NCBI GenBank assembly: GCA_024405155.1
Contig: JAKSPC010000003.1
Span: 24,846 to 88,845, forward strand
Direction of reading: 5' to 3'
Origin: Lachnospiraceae bacterium
GTDB lineage: Bacteria > Bacillota > Clostridia > Lachnospirales > Lachnospiraceae
DNA length: 64,000 nt
The translations under genes and the position numbers were made by a program. The notes under the pieces were generated by a model. The model did not search any database. It worked only from the letters and a program-made list of their open reading frames with translations, and had not been told where the DNA came from. Shown here piece after piece: positions 30,611 through 38,612 of this stretch (positions are counted from its first letter, which is position 1; the number at the start of each line of letters is the position of its first letter).

Positions 30611-30967
30611 TTAAAATTTGCTTGTATCAACTCTGTGGATGTGCACGTCCACTTCCGTCACGGTAAGTCCGGTCATGTTTTCCACCTGACTCTTCACCTT
30701 ATCTCTGACCTTTGCCGAAACTTCGGGAACATTCGCTCCGAAATCCACATTCAGGGAAAGATACACAGATACGTTCGACCCGTCCAGTGAGATCCTTACC
30801 CCCTTGGAAAGGTTTTTTACTCCCAGCTTTGCAATAATGGCATTCGTCAGATTCCCGGCCATGCTTGCCACGCCTTCAATGTCGGTGGCCGCCAGCGCGG
30901 CTATGGCAGCAATGGCATCTTCCGATACATTGATGCTGCTTCCCGTGCTTAAATTCTCGTTCATCAT
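30611..30967 (-). CDS. Asp23/Gls24-family envelope stress protein
   Basis: Asp23-type pattern (INVSEDAIAAIAALAATDIEGVA ... VTEVDVHI). Start set at the ATG pair behind GGAGG. Confidence 0.85.
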   Translation of the reverse strand: MMNENLSTGSSINVSEDAIAAIAALAATDIEGVASMAGNLTNAIIAKLGVKNLSKGVRISLDGSNVSVYLSLNVDFGANVPEVSAKVRDKVKSQVENMTGLTVTEVDVHIHRVDTSKF

Positions 30968-31024
30968 GTGCCTCCTCAAGTACATAGATATACAGAGTGC
31001 ATTATACCACAACACGGACGAATG

Positions 31025-31543
31025 TTAAACAGTTATATACGGACGTATCTTTTCCAGAAGTCCCGCCGATATCCCGTCCACCGCGATCAGGTCTTCCGCC
31101 GCGGCAAAAGCGCCGTTTTCCTCGCGGAAACGTATGATGCTTTCCGCCTTCACGTCTCCGATCCCGGGCAGCGATTTCAGTTCCTCCATTCCTGCCGTGT
31201 TCACATTGACGAGCCCCGCTTCCTTTTCTGCACAGTTTTTAAGCCCGTCCGACAGCGTTCCGTTTTCCACCATCTCTTCCACCTGCACGGAAAGCACTTC
31301 CCGCACCGTATCGGAAACCTCTTCCTTCAGTGCTTCCGCAACGCATTCTTTCAAAATGGAACGGAGCTCCTCTTTCTGAATTTCGGAAAACGTCTCCTCT
31401 TCCCGTTCTGAAACGAAGGTCTCCCCCGGATCTTCCGACAGAGTGCTTCCTTTTGCAGACATGCCGTCTCCCGAAAGCACATAAAAAGCAGCAGAGGCAA
31501 TTACGCCTGCTGCCGCCAGCAACATCTTTGGTCTTTTTTTCAT
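31025..31543 (-). CDS. comEA: ComEA-family helix-hairpin-helix DNA-binding protein
   Basis: N-terminal TM segment and C-terminal HhH repeats (VNVNTAGMEELKSLPGIG...AVDGIS). Start set at MKKRPKM. Confidence 0.8.
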   Translation of the reverse strand: MKKRPKMLLAAAGVIASAAFYVLSGDGMSAKGSTLSEDPGETFVSEREEETFSEIQKEELRSILKECVAEALKEEVSDTVREVLSVQVEEMVENGTLSDGLKNCAEKEAGLVNVNTAGMEELKSLPGIGDVKAESIIRFREENGAFAAAEDLIAVDGISAGLLEKIRPYITV

Positions 31544-31582
31544 TCCGATACCCTTTCCGGATATCGGCAAGTCACGTTCTTA

Positions 31583-32350
31583 TTATACGTTCTCTTTGGT
31601 GTCCTGTCTATATGCGATCGACACCATTCCGCTGTCCAGTTCCCGGATCCCCTCCGCCGTCATGACCAGAAGATGCGCTTCGGGCGTGATCCCCTGTACG
31701 GTACCGGAAAGTGTCTTTCCGTCCTGTTCCCAGGTCACGATCCTTCCGGTAAGGATCATGTGCTCTTCGTAAGCGGTCAGGATCCGCTGCTTTCCGTTCC
31801 CCAGAACGTCACCCGCACAGGCAGTGATCCGTTCCGCGATCCGTCCTGCCAGTTCTTCCGGTGAACACGACGGTGATACGGTACCCGCGATATTCTGAAG
31901 CGATCCCGGAAGCCGGCTCAGATCCGTACGGACATTTACGCCTACGCCGATCACCGCATGTGTCATGATCCCGCTCTCGATATCCGTCACCGCTTCCGTC
32001 AGGATCCCGCATACTTTTCTCAGATCCCGGTCAAGGATGTCATTCACCCATTTGATCCCCAGGTCTCCGCATCCGGCTTCCGCAAGCACTTCCCACACGG
32101 CCTCCGCCGCCGCCGGCGTAAGGAGCAGGCACTCCTCCGGTCTTTTTCCCACGGGAAGGACGAGCGTCATGTACAGACCGTTATCTTTGAGGGAGGAAAA
32201 CGTTTTCCCGATCCTTCCTCTTCCGGCAGTCTGCTCTCTTGCAATAACGACAAGCCTCCCGTCTTCGCAAGAAGGGAGGCTGTTCTCTTTGAGATATCGT
32301 TTGGCGAAAGTATTCGTGGAGTCCACTGTCTCCAGACGGATCGTTTTCAT
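31583..32350 (-). CDS. birA: biotin--[acetyl-CoA-carboxylase] ligase (group I, no HTH domain)
   Basis: 255-aa ORF with GRGRIGKTF (GRGRxGR-type) motif, KWVNDIL and a C-terminal SH3-like tail. Confidence 0.88.
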   Translation of the reverse strand: MKTIRLETVDSTNTFAKRYLKENSLPSCEDGRLVVIAREQTAGRGRIGKTFSSLKDNGLYMTLVLPVGKRPEECLLLTPAAAEAVWEVLAEAGCGDLGIKWVNDILDRDLRKVCGILTEAVTDIESGIMTHAVIGVGVNVRTDLSRLPGSLQNIAGTVSPSCSPEELAGRIAERITACAGDVLGNGKQRILTAYEEHMILTGRIVTWEQDGKTLSGTVQGITPEAHLLVMTAEGIRELDSGMVSIAYRQDTKENV

Positions 32351-32931
32351 CAGGTAAAAATTCTTCTGTATGTGGTATAGCGGAAATGGATCCCTTCGTA
32401 TTCCTGTTCTTCTCCTTCTTCCGTCATCTCCCAGGCGGGATCCTCGTCCAGATTGGGGAAGAATACTTCCGGCTCCGTTTTGCAGTCATTTTTCGTGACC
32501 AGGCAGGTGTCACAGTAGGGAAGAAGCTGTTTGTAGACGGAAGCGCCGCCGCACACATATACGTCGTCCTGCGGAAAGATGGTGACAATGTCCACCAGCT
32601 CAAACAGATCCGTCACGGCGATCATTACCGTTGCTCCCGGGGTATGGAACAATTCCGCATCCGCGGCCCCGGACAGATCATTGAGGTAACAGTCACAGGC
32701 ATTTATGGATTCCTCCGGGATCATCTCCAGCTTTTCCGCAAGTATCACGTTGTACCGGCCCTTTAACGGCTTCATCCCGGGCAGGGACTTTAAGGTATTG
32801 AGTCCCATGATGACCACTTTCCCTTTGGTGGTCTCCCGGAAAAACTTCATATCTGCCGGGATGGTGCAGAGAAGGTCTCCCTTTGCACCGATGCCCCACT
32901 TTTCATTGACGTTGACGATTTCCTTCATCAC
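32350..32931 (-). CDS. folA: dihydrofolate reductase
   Basis: NEKWGIGAKGDL, MKFFRETT and VCGGASVY motifs. Longer than the usual ~160 aa because of an internal insertion. Adjacent to thyA. Confidence 0.85.
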   Translation of the reverse strand: MMKEIVNVNEKWGIGAKGDLLCTIPADMKFFRETTKGKVVIMGLNTLKSLPGMKPLKGRYNVILAEKLEMIPEESINACDCYLNDLSGAADAELFHTPGATVMIAVTDLFELVDIVTIFPQDDVYVCGGASVYKQLLPYCDTCLVTKNDCKTEPEVFFPNLDEDPAWEMTEEGEEQEYEGIHFRYTTYRRIFT

Positions 32932-32939
32932 ATTTCTCC

Positions 32940-33788
32940 TTAGATGGCGATGGGGATGTTTTTGATCTGTTCGCCGTACTGATAATTCTCCACTTTCACG
33001 TCATCCGGCGTGAAGTCATAGAAGTTCTTTTTTTCCGGATTGAGCCAGAACGTGGGCGCCGGATAGGGCTCCCTCTGAATAAGCTCCTCAATGATGGGGA
33101 TATGGCGGTCATAGATATGACAGTCGGCGATCACATGTACGAACTCTCCCGGGATCATGCCGCAGCACTGTGCCATCATGTGGGTCAGTACGGAATACTG
33201 CACCACGTTCCAGTTATTGGCTGCCAGCACATCCTGGGAACGCTGGTTCAGGATAGTGTTCAGGACCAGCTTTCCGGACTCGTTGTCCCTGGTACAGTTA
33301 AATGTCATGCTGTAGGCGCAGGGATACAGGTTCATTTCATGAAGGTCCTGGAAATTGTAGATGTTGGTCATGATGCGGCGGCTGTAGGGGTTGTTTTTCA
33401 GATCCCAGATCACCCGGTCCACCATGTCGAACATGCCTTCTTTGTACTGATGCTTTACCTGCATCTGATATCCGTAGGCCTTGCCGATGCTTCCGTTCTC
33501 ATCCGCCCACTCGTCCCAGATATGAGAGTTCAGGTCTTTAATGTTATTGGACTTTTTCTGCCAGATCCACAGCAGTTCATCCGTGGCGGATTTGAGTGCC
33601 GTCCTACGTAAGGTAAGAATAGGAAACTCTTTTCTCAAGTCATAGCGGTTCACCACGCAGAATTTCTTTACCGTATAGGCAGGAGTTCCGTCTTCCCAGT
33701 GAGGTCTTACTTTTTCACCGGATGTATCCGTACCGTTATCAATGATATCCCGGCACATTTTTTTGAATACTTCATCCGCGTATGCCAT
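32940..33788 (-). CDS. thyA: thymidylate synthase
   Basis: 282-aa ORF with LYPCAYSMTF (active-site Cys), RSQDVLAANNWNV and DCHIYDRH motifs. Confidence 0.96.
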   Translation of the reverse strand: MAYADEVFKKMCRDIIDNGTDTSGEKVRPHWEDGTPAYTVKKFCVVNRYDLRKEFPILTLRRTALKSATDELLWIWQKKSNNIKDLNSHIWDEWADENGSIGKAYGYQMQVKHQYKEGMFDMVDRVIWDLKNNPYSRRIMTNIYNFQDLHEMNLYPCAYSMTFNCTRDNESGKLVLNTILNQRSQDVLAANNWNVVQYSVLTHMMAQCCGMIPGEFVHVIADCHIYDRHIPIIEELIQREPYPAPTFWLNPEKKNFYDFTPDDVKVENYQYGEQIKNIPIAI

Positions 33789-33804
33789 CTTTCGTTCCCT
33801 CCTC

Positions 33805-34689
33805 TTATTTTGCCTGTTTCATGAGCTTTCTCAGCTCATCCGTGTCGAACTGATACTTCTTTCCGCAGAAACTGCAGGAAAGCTCCGCCGGTTTCCCCTC
33901 TCCGATCATGGACCGGATCTCGCCCACGCCCAGGCTGATGATCGCCTGTTCCACTTTCTCGCGGCTGCAGCTGCAGCGAAACTCCACCGGGGTCTTTCCG
34001 GGTTTGATGTCCGGCTTCATGCCGGAAAGGATGACGGCAAGGATCTGTTCCGGCGACATGCCTTTGTCCAGCATTCCCGTTACCGGTCCCGCTTCCCGGA
34101 TCTTTTTTTCCAGCTTTTCGGCAACTTCCTCCGGGCAGCCCGGCATAAGCTGCACCATGTATCCGCCTGCCTGACGGACGGTGTTTTCCTTGTTCATAAG
34201 GACACCAAGTGCCACACTGGAGGGGATCTGTTCGCTGGTTGCGTAATAGTATGTCAGATCTTCCGCGATCTCCCCGGATACCAGAATGGTGTCTCCCACA
34301 TAGGGCTCCTTTAATCCGATATCCTTGATCACCGTAAGCACGCCCGTGTCCAGCGCGCCGCCCACGTCCAGCTTTCCCAGTTCATTGGGAGGCAGCATGA
34401 CGGAAGGGTTCTGTGCATATCCTTTCACGTGGCCGTTTCTGTCTGCCGTTACCACCAGCCCCTGAATGGGGCCGCTGCAGCCGATCTTTACAGTCAGAAG
34501 ATCTCTGTCGTCCTTCATGTCGGCGCCCATCATCACTGCGCCCGTCATCAGCCTTCCCAGCGCGGCCGTTGCCACCGGGGAAGTATTGTGTGCCTGTCTT
34601 GCCGTCTCCACGGTTTCCGTGGTGACCGCCGCAAAAGCTCTTACGGATCCGTTTTCCGCCGTAGCGCGGATCAAATAATCATTTGCCAT
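33805..34689 (-). CDS. hslO: Hsp33-family redox chaperone
   Basis: 294-aa ORF with the C-terminal zinc centre CSCS...CSFC. Confidence 0.94.
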   Translation of the reverse strand: MANDYLIRATAENGSVRAFAAVTTETVETARQAHNTSPVATAALGRLMTGAVMMGADMKDDRDLLTVKIGCSGPIQGLVVTADRNGHVKGYAQNPSVMLPPNELGKLDVGGALDTGVLTVIKDIGLKEPYVGDTILVSGEIAEDLTYYYATSEQIPSSVALGVLMNKENTVRQAGGYMVQLMPGCPEEVAEKLEKKIREAGPVTGMLDKGMSPEQILAVILSGMKPDIKPGKTPVEFRCSCSREKVEQAIISLGVGEIRSMIGEGKPAELSCSFCGKKYQFDTDELRKLMKQAK

Positions 34690-35422
34690 TTCCTTGTTCC
34701 TCTGTCAGTGATCTTACTTCCTCCCCGGTAAGCATCCTGCTCTCTCCGGGCTTCAATGTTTCATCCAGGGAAAGCGGTCCGAAGGTGATGCGCCTGAGAT
34801 ATGTTACCGTAAGGCCTTCCGTTTCAAACATCCGCTTGATCTGGTGGTACCTTCCCTCCGTGATCGTGATGTGTACTGCATTCTTCCGGATACGGTCGAT
34901 CCGGCAGGGCCTTGTGGGTCTTTCGTCCCCGATATCCGCCCCCGCCTCCAGCCTTTCGGCTGCTTCTTCTGTAAGAGGTCCGGACAGCTCGGCATAATAC
35001 GTCTTTTCCACGTGTTTTGCCGGAGACAGCAGCCGGTGGGAAAGTTTTCCGTCATTCGTGATGAGAAGGAGGCCTTCCGTATCCTTATCCAGCCGGCCCG
35101 CCGGAAACAGGTCCTTCTTTCCGGACCCCCGGATCAGATCCACTACAGTCCTTTCCTCTCCTTCCGGGATCTTCTCTCCCCGCTTCAGAGAATTTTTGCG
35201 GGATTCACTCACAACACCGGAAGGCTTGTTCAGCATCCAGTACTCGAATTCACTGTACTGTACCGGTTCCCCCTTGAAACAGACCAAAGACGTTTCCGAA
35301 AGACGGTACGCGGGATCGTCCACCGTTTCGCCGTTTACCGTCACTTTTTTCCAATAGATCAGTTTTTTTACTTCCGATCGGGTGCCGATCCCGGCATCCG
35401 CCAGATACTTATCCAGCCTCAT
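34679..35422 (-). CDS. rsuA: RsuA/RluB-family pseudouridine synthase
   Basis: S4 domain (MRLDKYLADAGIGTRSEVKKLI) plus catalytic GRLDKDTEGLLL. Confidence 0.88.
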   Translation of the reverse strand: MRLDKYLADAGIGTRSEVKKLIYWKKVTVNGETVDDPAYRLSETSLVCFKGEPVQYSEFEYWMLNKPSGVVSESRKNSLKRGEKIPEGEERTVVDLIRGSGKKDLFPAGRLDKDTEGLLLITNDGKLSHRLLSPAKHVEKTYYAELSGPLTEEAAERLEAGADIGDERPTRPCRIDRIRKNAVHITITEGRYHQIKRMFETEGLTVTYLRRITFGPLSLDETLKPGESRMLTGEEVRSLTEEQGNGK

Positions 35423-35487
35423 GAAATGATTTTACCACTTTCCTAAAATCTTGTGTAGATTTTCTCACACATATTTTCAATGGAAGG

Positions 35488-35515
35488 TTGACTTTCCTCC
35501 GTGATTTGCTATAAT
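35488..35515 (+). promoter_or_regulatory. sigma-70-type promoter for tRNA-Arg
   Basis: TTGACT-16 nt-TATAAT, ending 25 nt before the tRNA 5' end. Confidence 0.68.
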
Positions 35516-35540
35516 ACAGTTTGCGCTCAAAAAGCGTAGT

Positions 35541-35614
35541 GCGCTAGTAGCTCAATTGGATAGAGCGTTCGGCTACGGACCGAAAGGTTGGGGGTTCGAT
35601 CCCTCTCTGGCGCG
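35541..35614 (+). tRNA. tRNA-Arg (anticodon ACG)
   Basis: Acceptor GCGCTAG/CTGGCGC, anticodon stem TTCGG/CCGAA with loop CTACGGA, TTCGATC T-loop. CCA is not encoded. Confidence 0.93.
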
Positions 35615-35620
35615 TCACAG

Positions 35621-35648
35621 GGCACTGTCTATGGACGGTGCCTTTTTT
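35621..35648 (+). terminator. rho-independent terminator after tRNA-Arg
   Basis: 9-bp stem GGCACTGTC/GACGGTGCC, TATG loop, then TTTTTT. Confidence 0.78.
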
Positions 35649-35666
35649 GTACTTATGGAGGCCGTC

Positions 35667-36956
35667 ATGGAAAGAAAACATATCTCTGAACTCATTCACG
35701 ATACCTACCTGCCCCGCATGTTCACCTGTTCCCAGGAATTCGCGTCCGAAAAGATCGAACGGGATCAGATCCCCGGGACCGTCTCCCGGGTCCTTTCCGA
35801 TGACGCGATCGCATGCCGCATCAAGCCCGGCATGCACATTGCAGTCACCTGCGGTTCCCGCGGCATCCGGAACATTGACATCATCACAAAAAGCATCTGT
35901 GACTTCGTAAAGGAACGGGGAGCCGTTCCCTTTGTCGTTCCCGCCATGGGAAGTCACGGCGGCGCCACCGCTGAAGGGCAGAAGGAAGTCATCGCTCACT
36001 ACGGCGTGACCGAAGAATATCTGGGCTGTGAGATCCGAAGTTCCATGGAGACCGTTTTCGTAGGAAAAAATGCGGAAGGTCTGGATGTATACATGGATAA
36101 AAACGCCTATGAAGCCGACGGGATCATTGTTTCCAACCGGGTGAAGCCCCACACGTCCTTCAAAGGCGACTGCGAGTCCGGCATGATGAAAATGATGGCC
36201 ATCGGTCTGGGCAAGCAGTACGGAGCCGACCGCTGCCATGAAGCCGGCTTCCAGAACATGGCAAAGAACGTAAAGTTGTTCGGAGAAGTGATCCTTAAGA
36301 ATTCCCCGGTCATTTTCGGCGTTGCCATTCTGGAAAACGCTTTCGACGAGACCGCTGACATCGTCGCCGTTCCGGCCGAAGAGATCCCTGTGAAGGAGCC
36401 CGCTCTTCTCATCCATGCAAAGGGACTCATGCCGCGCATTCTGGTGGACTCCTGTGACGTCCTTATCATTGACAAGATCGGAAAGAACATAAGCGGTACC
36501 GGTTCCGATCCCAACATTGCCGGTCCTTTCGGCGACTCCGGAGAACAGTATGGCCTCAGGTCCCAGAATATCTGCATTCTGGATCTTACCGAAGAAACAA
36601 ACGGAAACGGCTACGGCATCGGCATCGCCGACGCCACCACCGAACGCGCCTTTAAAAAAATGGATCTGGAAGCCATGTATATCAATTCCGTCACTTCAAC
36701 AGCGCTGTGGAAGAACCGCATTCCCCTCATCATGGAATCCGATGAGGATGCCATCAAAGTGGTGGTAAAGTGCTGCAATGAGATCGACAAGAAAGATCCC
36801 CGGATCGTTCGTATCCACGACACTCTGCACCTTTCCGAGATCATGCTCTCCGAAAGTTATCTGGAAGAGATCAAAAAGATCGAAGGTCTTACAAAGACCT
36901 CCGATCCTGCTTATCTTCCTTTTGATGAAAACGGCGATCTGCCTCAGGGATGGTAA
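35667..36956 (+). CDS. LarA N-terminal-like (DUF2088-type) domain protein, function unknown
   Basis: Start set at MERKHISEL (GGAGG 5 nt upstream); the longer track ORF would run through the tRNA. The spacing pattern IAVTCGSRG...PAMGSHGG...ADGIIVSNRVKPHTSFKG resembles the LarA N-domain. This is my recollection, not a search result. Confidence 0.5.
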   Translation: MERKHISELIHDTYLPRMFTCSQEFASEKIERDQIPGTVSRVLSDDAIACRIKPGMHIAVTCGSRGIRNIDIITKSICDFVKERGAVPFVVPAMGSHGGATAEGQKEVIAHYGVTEEYLGCEIRSSMETVFVGKNAEGLDVYMDKNAYEADGIIVSNRVKPHTSFKGDCESGMMKMMAIGLGKQYGADRCHEAGFQNMAKNVKLFGEVILKNSPVIFGVAILENAFDETADIVAVPAEEIPVKEPALLIHAKGLMPRILVDSCDVLIIDKIGKNISGTGSDPNIAGPFGDSGEQYGLRSQNICILDLTEETNGNGYGIGIADATTERAFKKMDLEAMYINSVTSTALWKNRIPLIMESDEDAIKVVVKCCNEIDKKDPRIVRIHDTLHLSEIMLSESYLEEIKKIEGLTKTSDPAYLPFDENGDLPQGW

Positions 36957-37933
36957 AGCACTTTTACCTCGTCCGCATGTCCGCCTTTCATGGTAATGAC
37001 CGCATTTACCCACTGATAGTTCTGAACACAGTCGTAAATGTCCCGGAATCTGTTTGCATCCCCGTAAGCGATCTTTGACAATTCATCGTTGAATACCGTA
37101 TTCTGGTCGAAGGTCGCCTGCCCCAGGGACACCGGATAGGAAATGAGATCGTCATTTTCGACCGCGATCTTCCATCCCCCCAGGTTCCCGTCTTTTTTCA
37201 GCGTGGCGTAGTCGTTGATCTCAATGGCGTTCTCGTTCAGTTTCTCCATCTTCGTTACGTTCATTGGCGAGAGCGCATACGCGGAAAGGTCGATGGTGTC
37301 TCCCACCTTCAGTGCTTTCACTTCTTCGTCGGTAAGGATCACCGGCTTTTTTTCCGTCAGTTCCGCCGTGATAATGTCTCCGTCTTTATTCATGCTGTCC
37401 GCATTCAGCTCTGCCTCATACTGTCCGTCGGCAAGCATGGTCGGATTCTTTTCCATCTCACTGAAATCATTTACCGTGATCTTTTTCTCCTTTACCGAAA
37501 GAGAAAGCGTCTTGATAAAGATGGGCTGGGCCTCCCAGGGACGCGCGTAATTCAGTGTAAGTGTCACGTCACCGTCCTTTTGGAAGGAAGGCTTGAAGCT
37601 GGCGCACCAGGTGCCGCCGGCACCTGCGAATCCTTCTTTTGCTTCCGGAAGCACCAGTTCGTCCGTAAGATGCTCCAGGATCTCTTCGTCGGAGATCTGA
37701 TAATTCCAGGAATATCCGGTAGTGGGGTTGGAATCCAGCCGGACCGTGAGTACTTCTCCTTCACCTGAAAGCTCGAACCAGGGAGCCGTTACCGATGCGG
37801 ACTCCGGTTCCGCTGTTTCTGCATTTTCCTGCGGTGCCTTTGCTGCACATGCGGTAAGGATCATACCTGCCAGAAGACCGGTAATGACTGCCGCCAGTTT
37901 CATGGATCTCTTCATTTTACTTCCTTTCCTCAT
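36944..37933 (-). CDS. lipoprotein with chagasin-family (MEROPS I42) cysteine-peptidase inhibitor domain plus an unknown C-terminal domain
   Basis: Lipobox ILTAC. All three chagasin loop motifs are present (NPTTGYSW, GAGGTW, ARPWE). Start set at MRKGSKMKRS (AGAGG 5 nt upstream), forming an ATGA overlap with the upstream stop. Confidence 0.8.
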   Translation of the reverse strand: MRKGSKMKRSMKLAAVITGLLAGMILTACAAKAPQENAETAEPESASVTAPWFELSGEGEVLTVRLDSNPTTGYSWNYQISDEEILEHLTDELVLPEAKEGFAGAGGTWCASFKPSFQKDGDVTLTLNYARPWEAQPIFIKTLSLSVKEKKITVNDFSEMEKNPTMLADGQYEAELNADSMNKDGDIITAELTEKKPVILTDEEVKALKVGDTIDLSAYALSPMNVTKMEKLNENAIEINDYATLKKDGNLGGWKIAVENDDLISYPVSLGQATFDQNTVFNDELSKIAYGDANRFRDIYDCVQNYQWVNAVITMKGGHADEVKVLYHP

Positions 37934-38601
37934 ACGAACCTCTTTGCGGATTCCACCATGCTTACCGTCTGATACTGAATGAGCCATACAGCCTCTTTCC
38001 ACTCAGGTTTCAGCTTGGCGATCTGCTCATACATGGGATAAATGTACGTTTCCGTCTCGTTGATGTAGCTTATGATCTTCGTCTTTCGGAAGCCGAATGC
38101 CATGCAGGAAATGTTGTGGCAGCGGTCCAGGATCTTTACCATCATGGCATAGGCATCTCCGTAGATCGCTTCAAAATATTTTTTCTTTGCGATCGCCCTG
38201 GTTGCTCCGTTTGATTCATCGAATGTCACCAGTTCCACGGTGTGCTTTACCTTTTCTCCTGCCGGAAGATCACAAACATCGGCGATGCAGTCTTCCACCA
38301 CGTCATGCAGAAGCGCTGAAGCGATGAGATCGTCGTCATAAAGCTTCATGGCTAAAGCATGGCAGGCAAGTGTATAGGGATGATTGATATAGGCCACGGA
38401 TTCCGCGTCCGTTTTTCTCCACTGCGTACCGTGCAGGATCCGGGCAAACTCCACTGCCTTCATGGTCTGGGGCAGATCGTGCTCGGCCGCGTTCTTCTTT
38501 ATGGTCTCCTTCATGGCGGCCTCATCGAAAACTTTGCACTTCTCCGTCCAATGAGACTGCTTCTTATCCCGGTATGCCTTCCAATCATCAAAAATACTCA
38601 T
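37930..38601 (-). CDS. stand-alone RSH-type HD-domain protein (small alarmone hydrolase-like)
   Basis: 223-aa ORF. HGTQWRK...YINHPYTLA...LLHDVVEDC...LDRCHNI parallels the hydrolase motifs of the RelA in this same window. Confidence 0.78.
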   Translation of the reverse strand: MSIFDDWKAYRDKKQSHWTEKCKVFDEAAMKETIKKNAAEHDLPQTMKAVEFARILHGTQWRKTDAESVAYINHPYTLACHALAMKLYDDDLIASALLHDVVEDCIADVCDLPAGEKVKHTVELVTFDESNGATRAIAKKKYFEAIYGDAYAMMVKILDRCHNISCMAFGFRKTKIISYINETETYIYPMYEQIAKLKPEWKEAVWLIQYQTVSMVESAKRFV

Positions 38602-38612
38602 GCTGCTTCTCC

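Noticed and set aside
35556-36416. 290-aa minus-strand ORF, and the extended 466-aa plus-strand ORF that starts at 35556.
   Set aside because: Both run into or through the tRNA-Arg gene and its terminator. The minus-strand ORF is antisense to the better-supported LarA-like gene. The plus-strand gene is better started at 35667, behind GGAGG.
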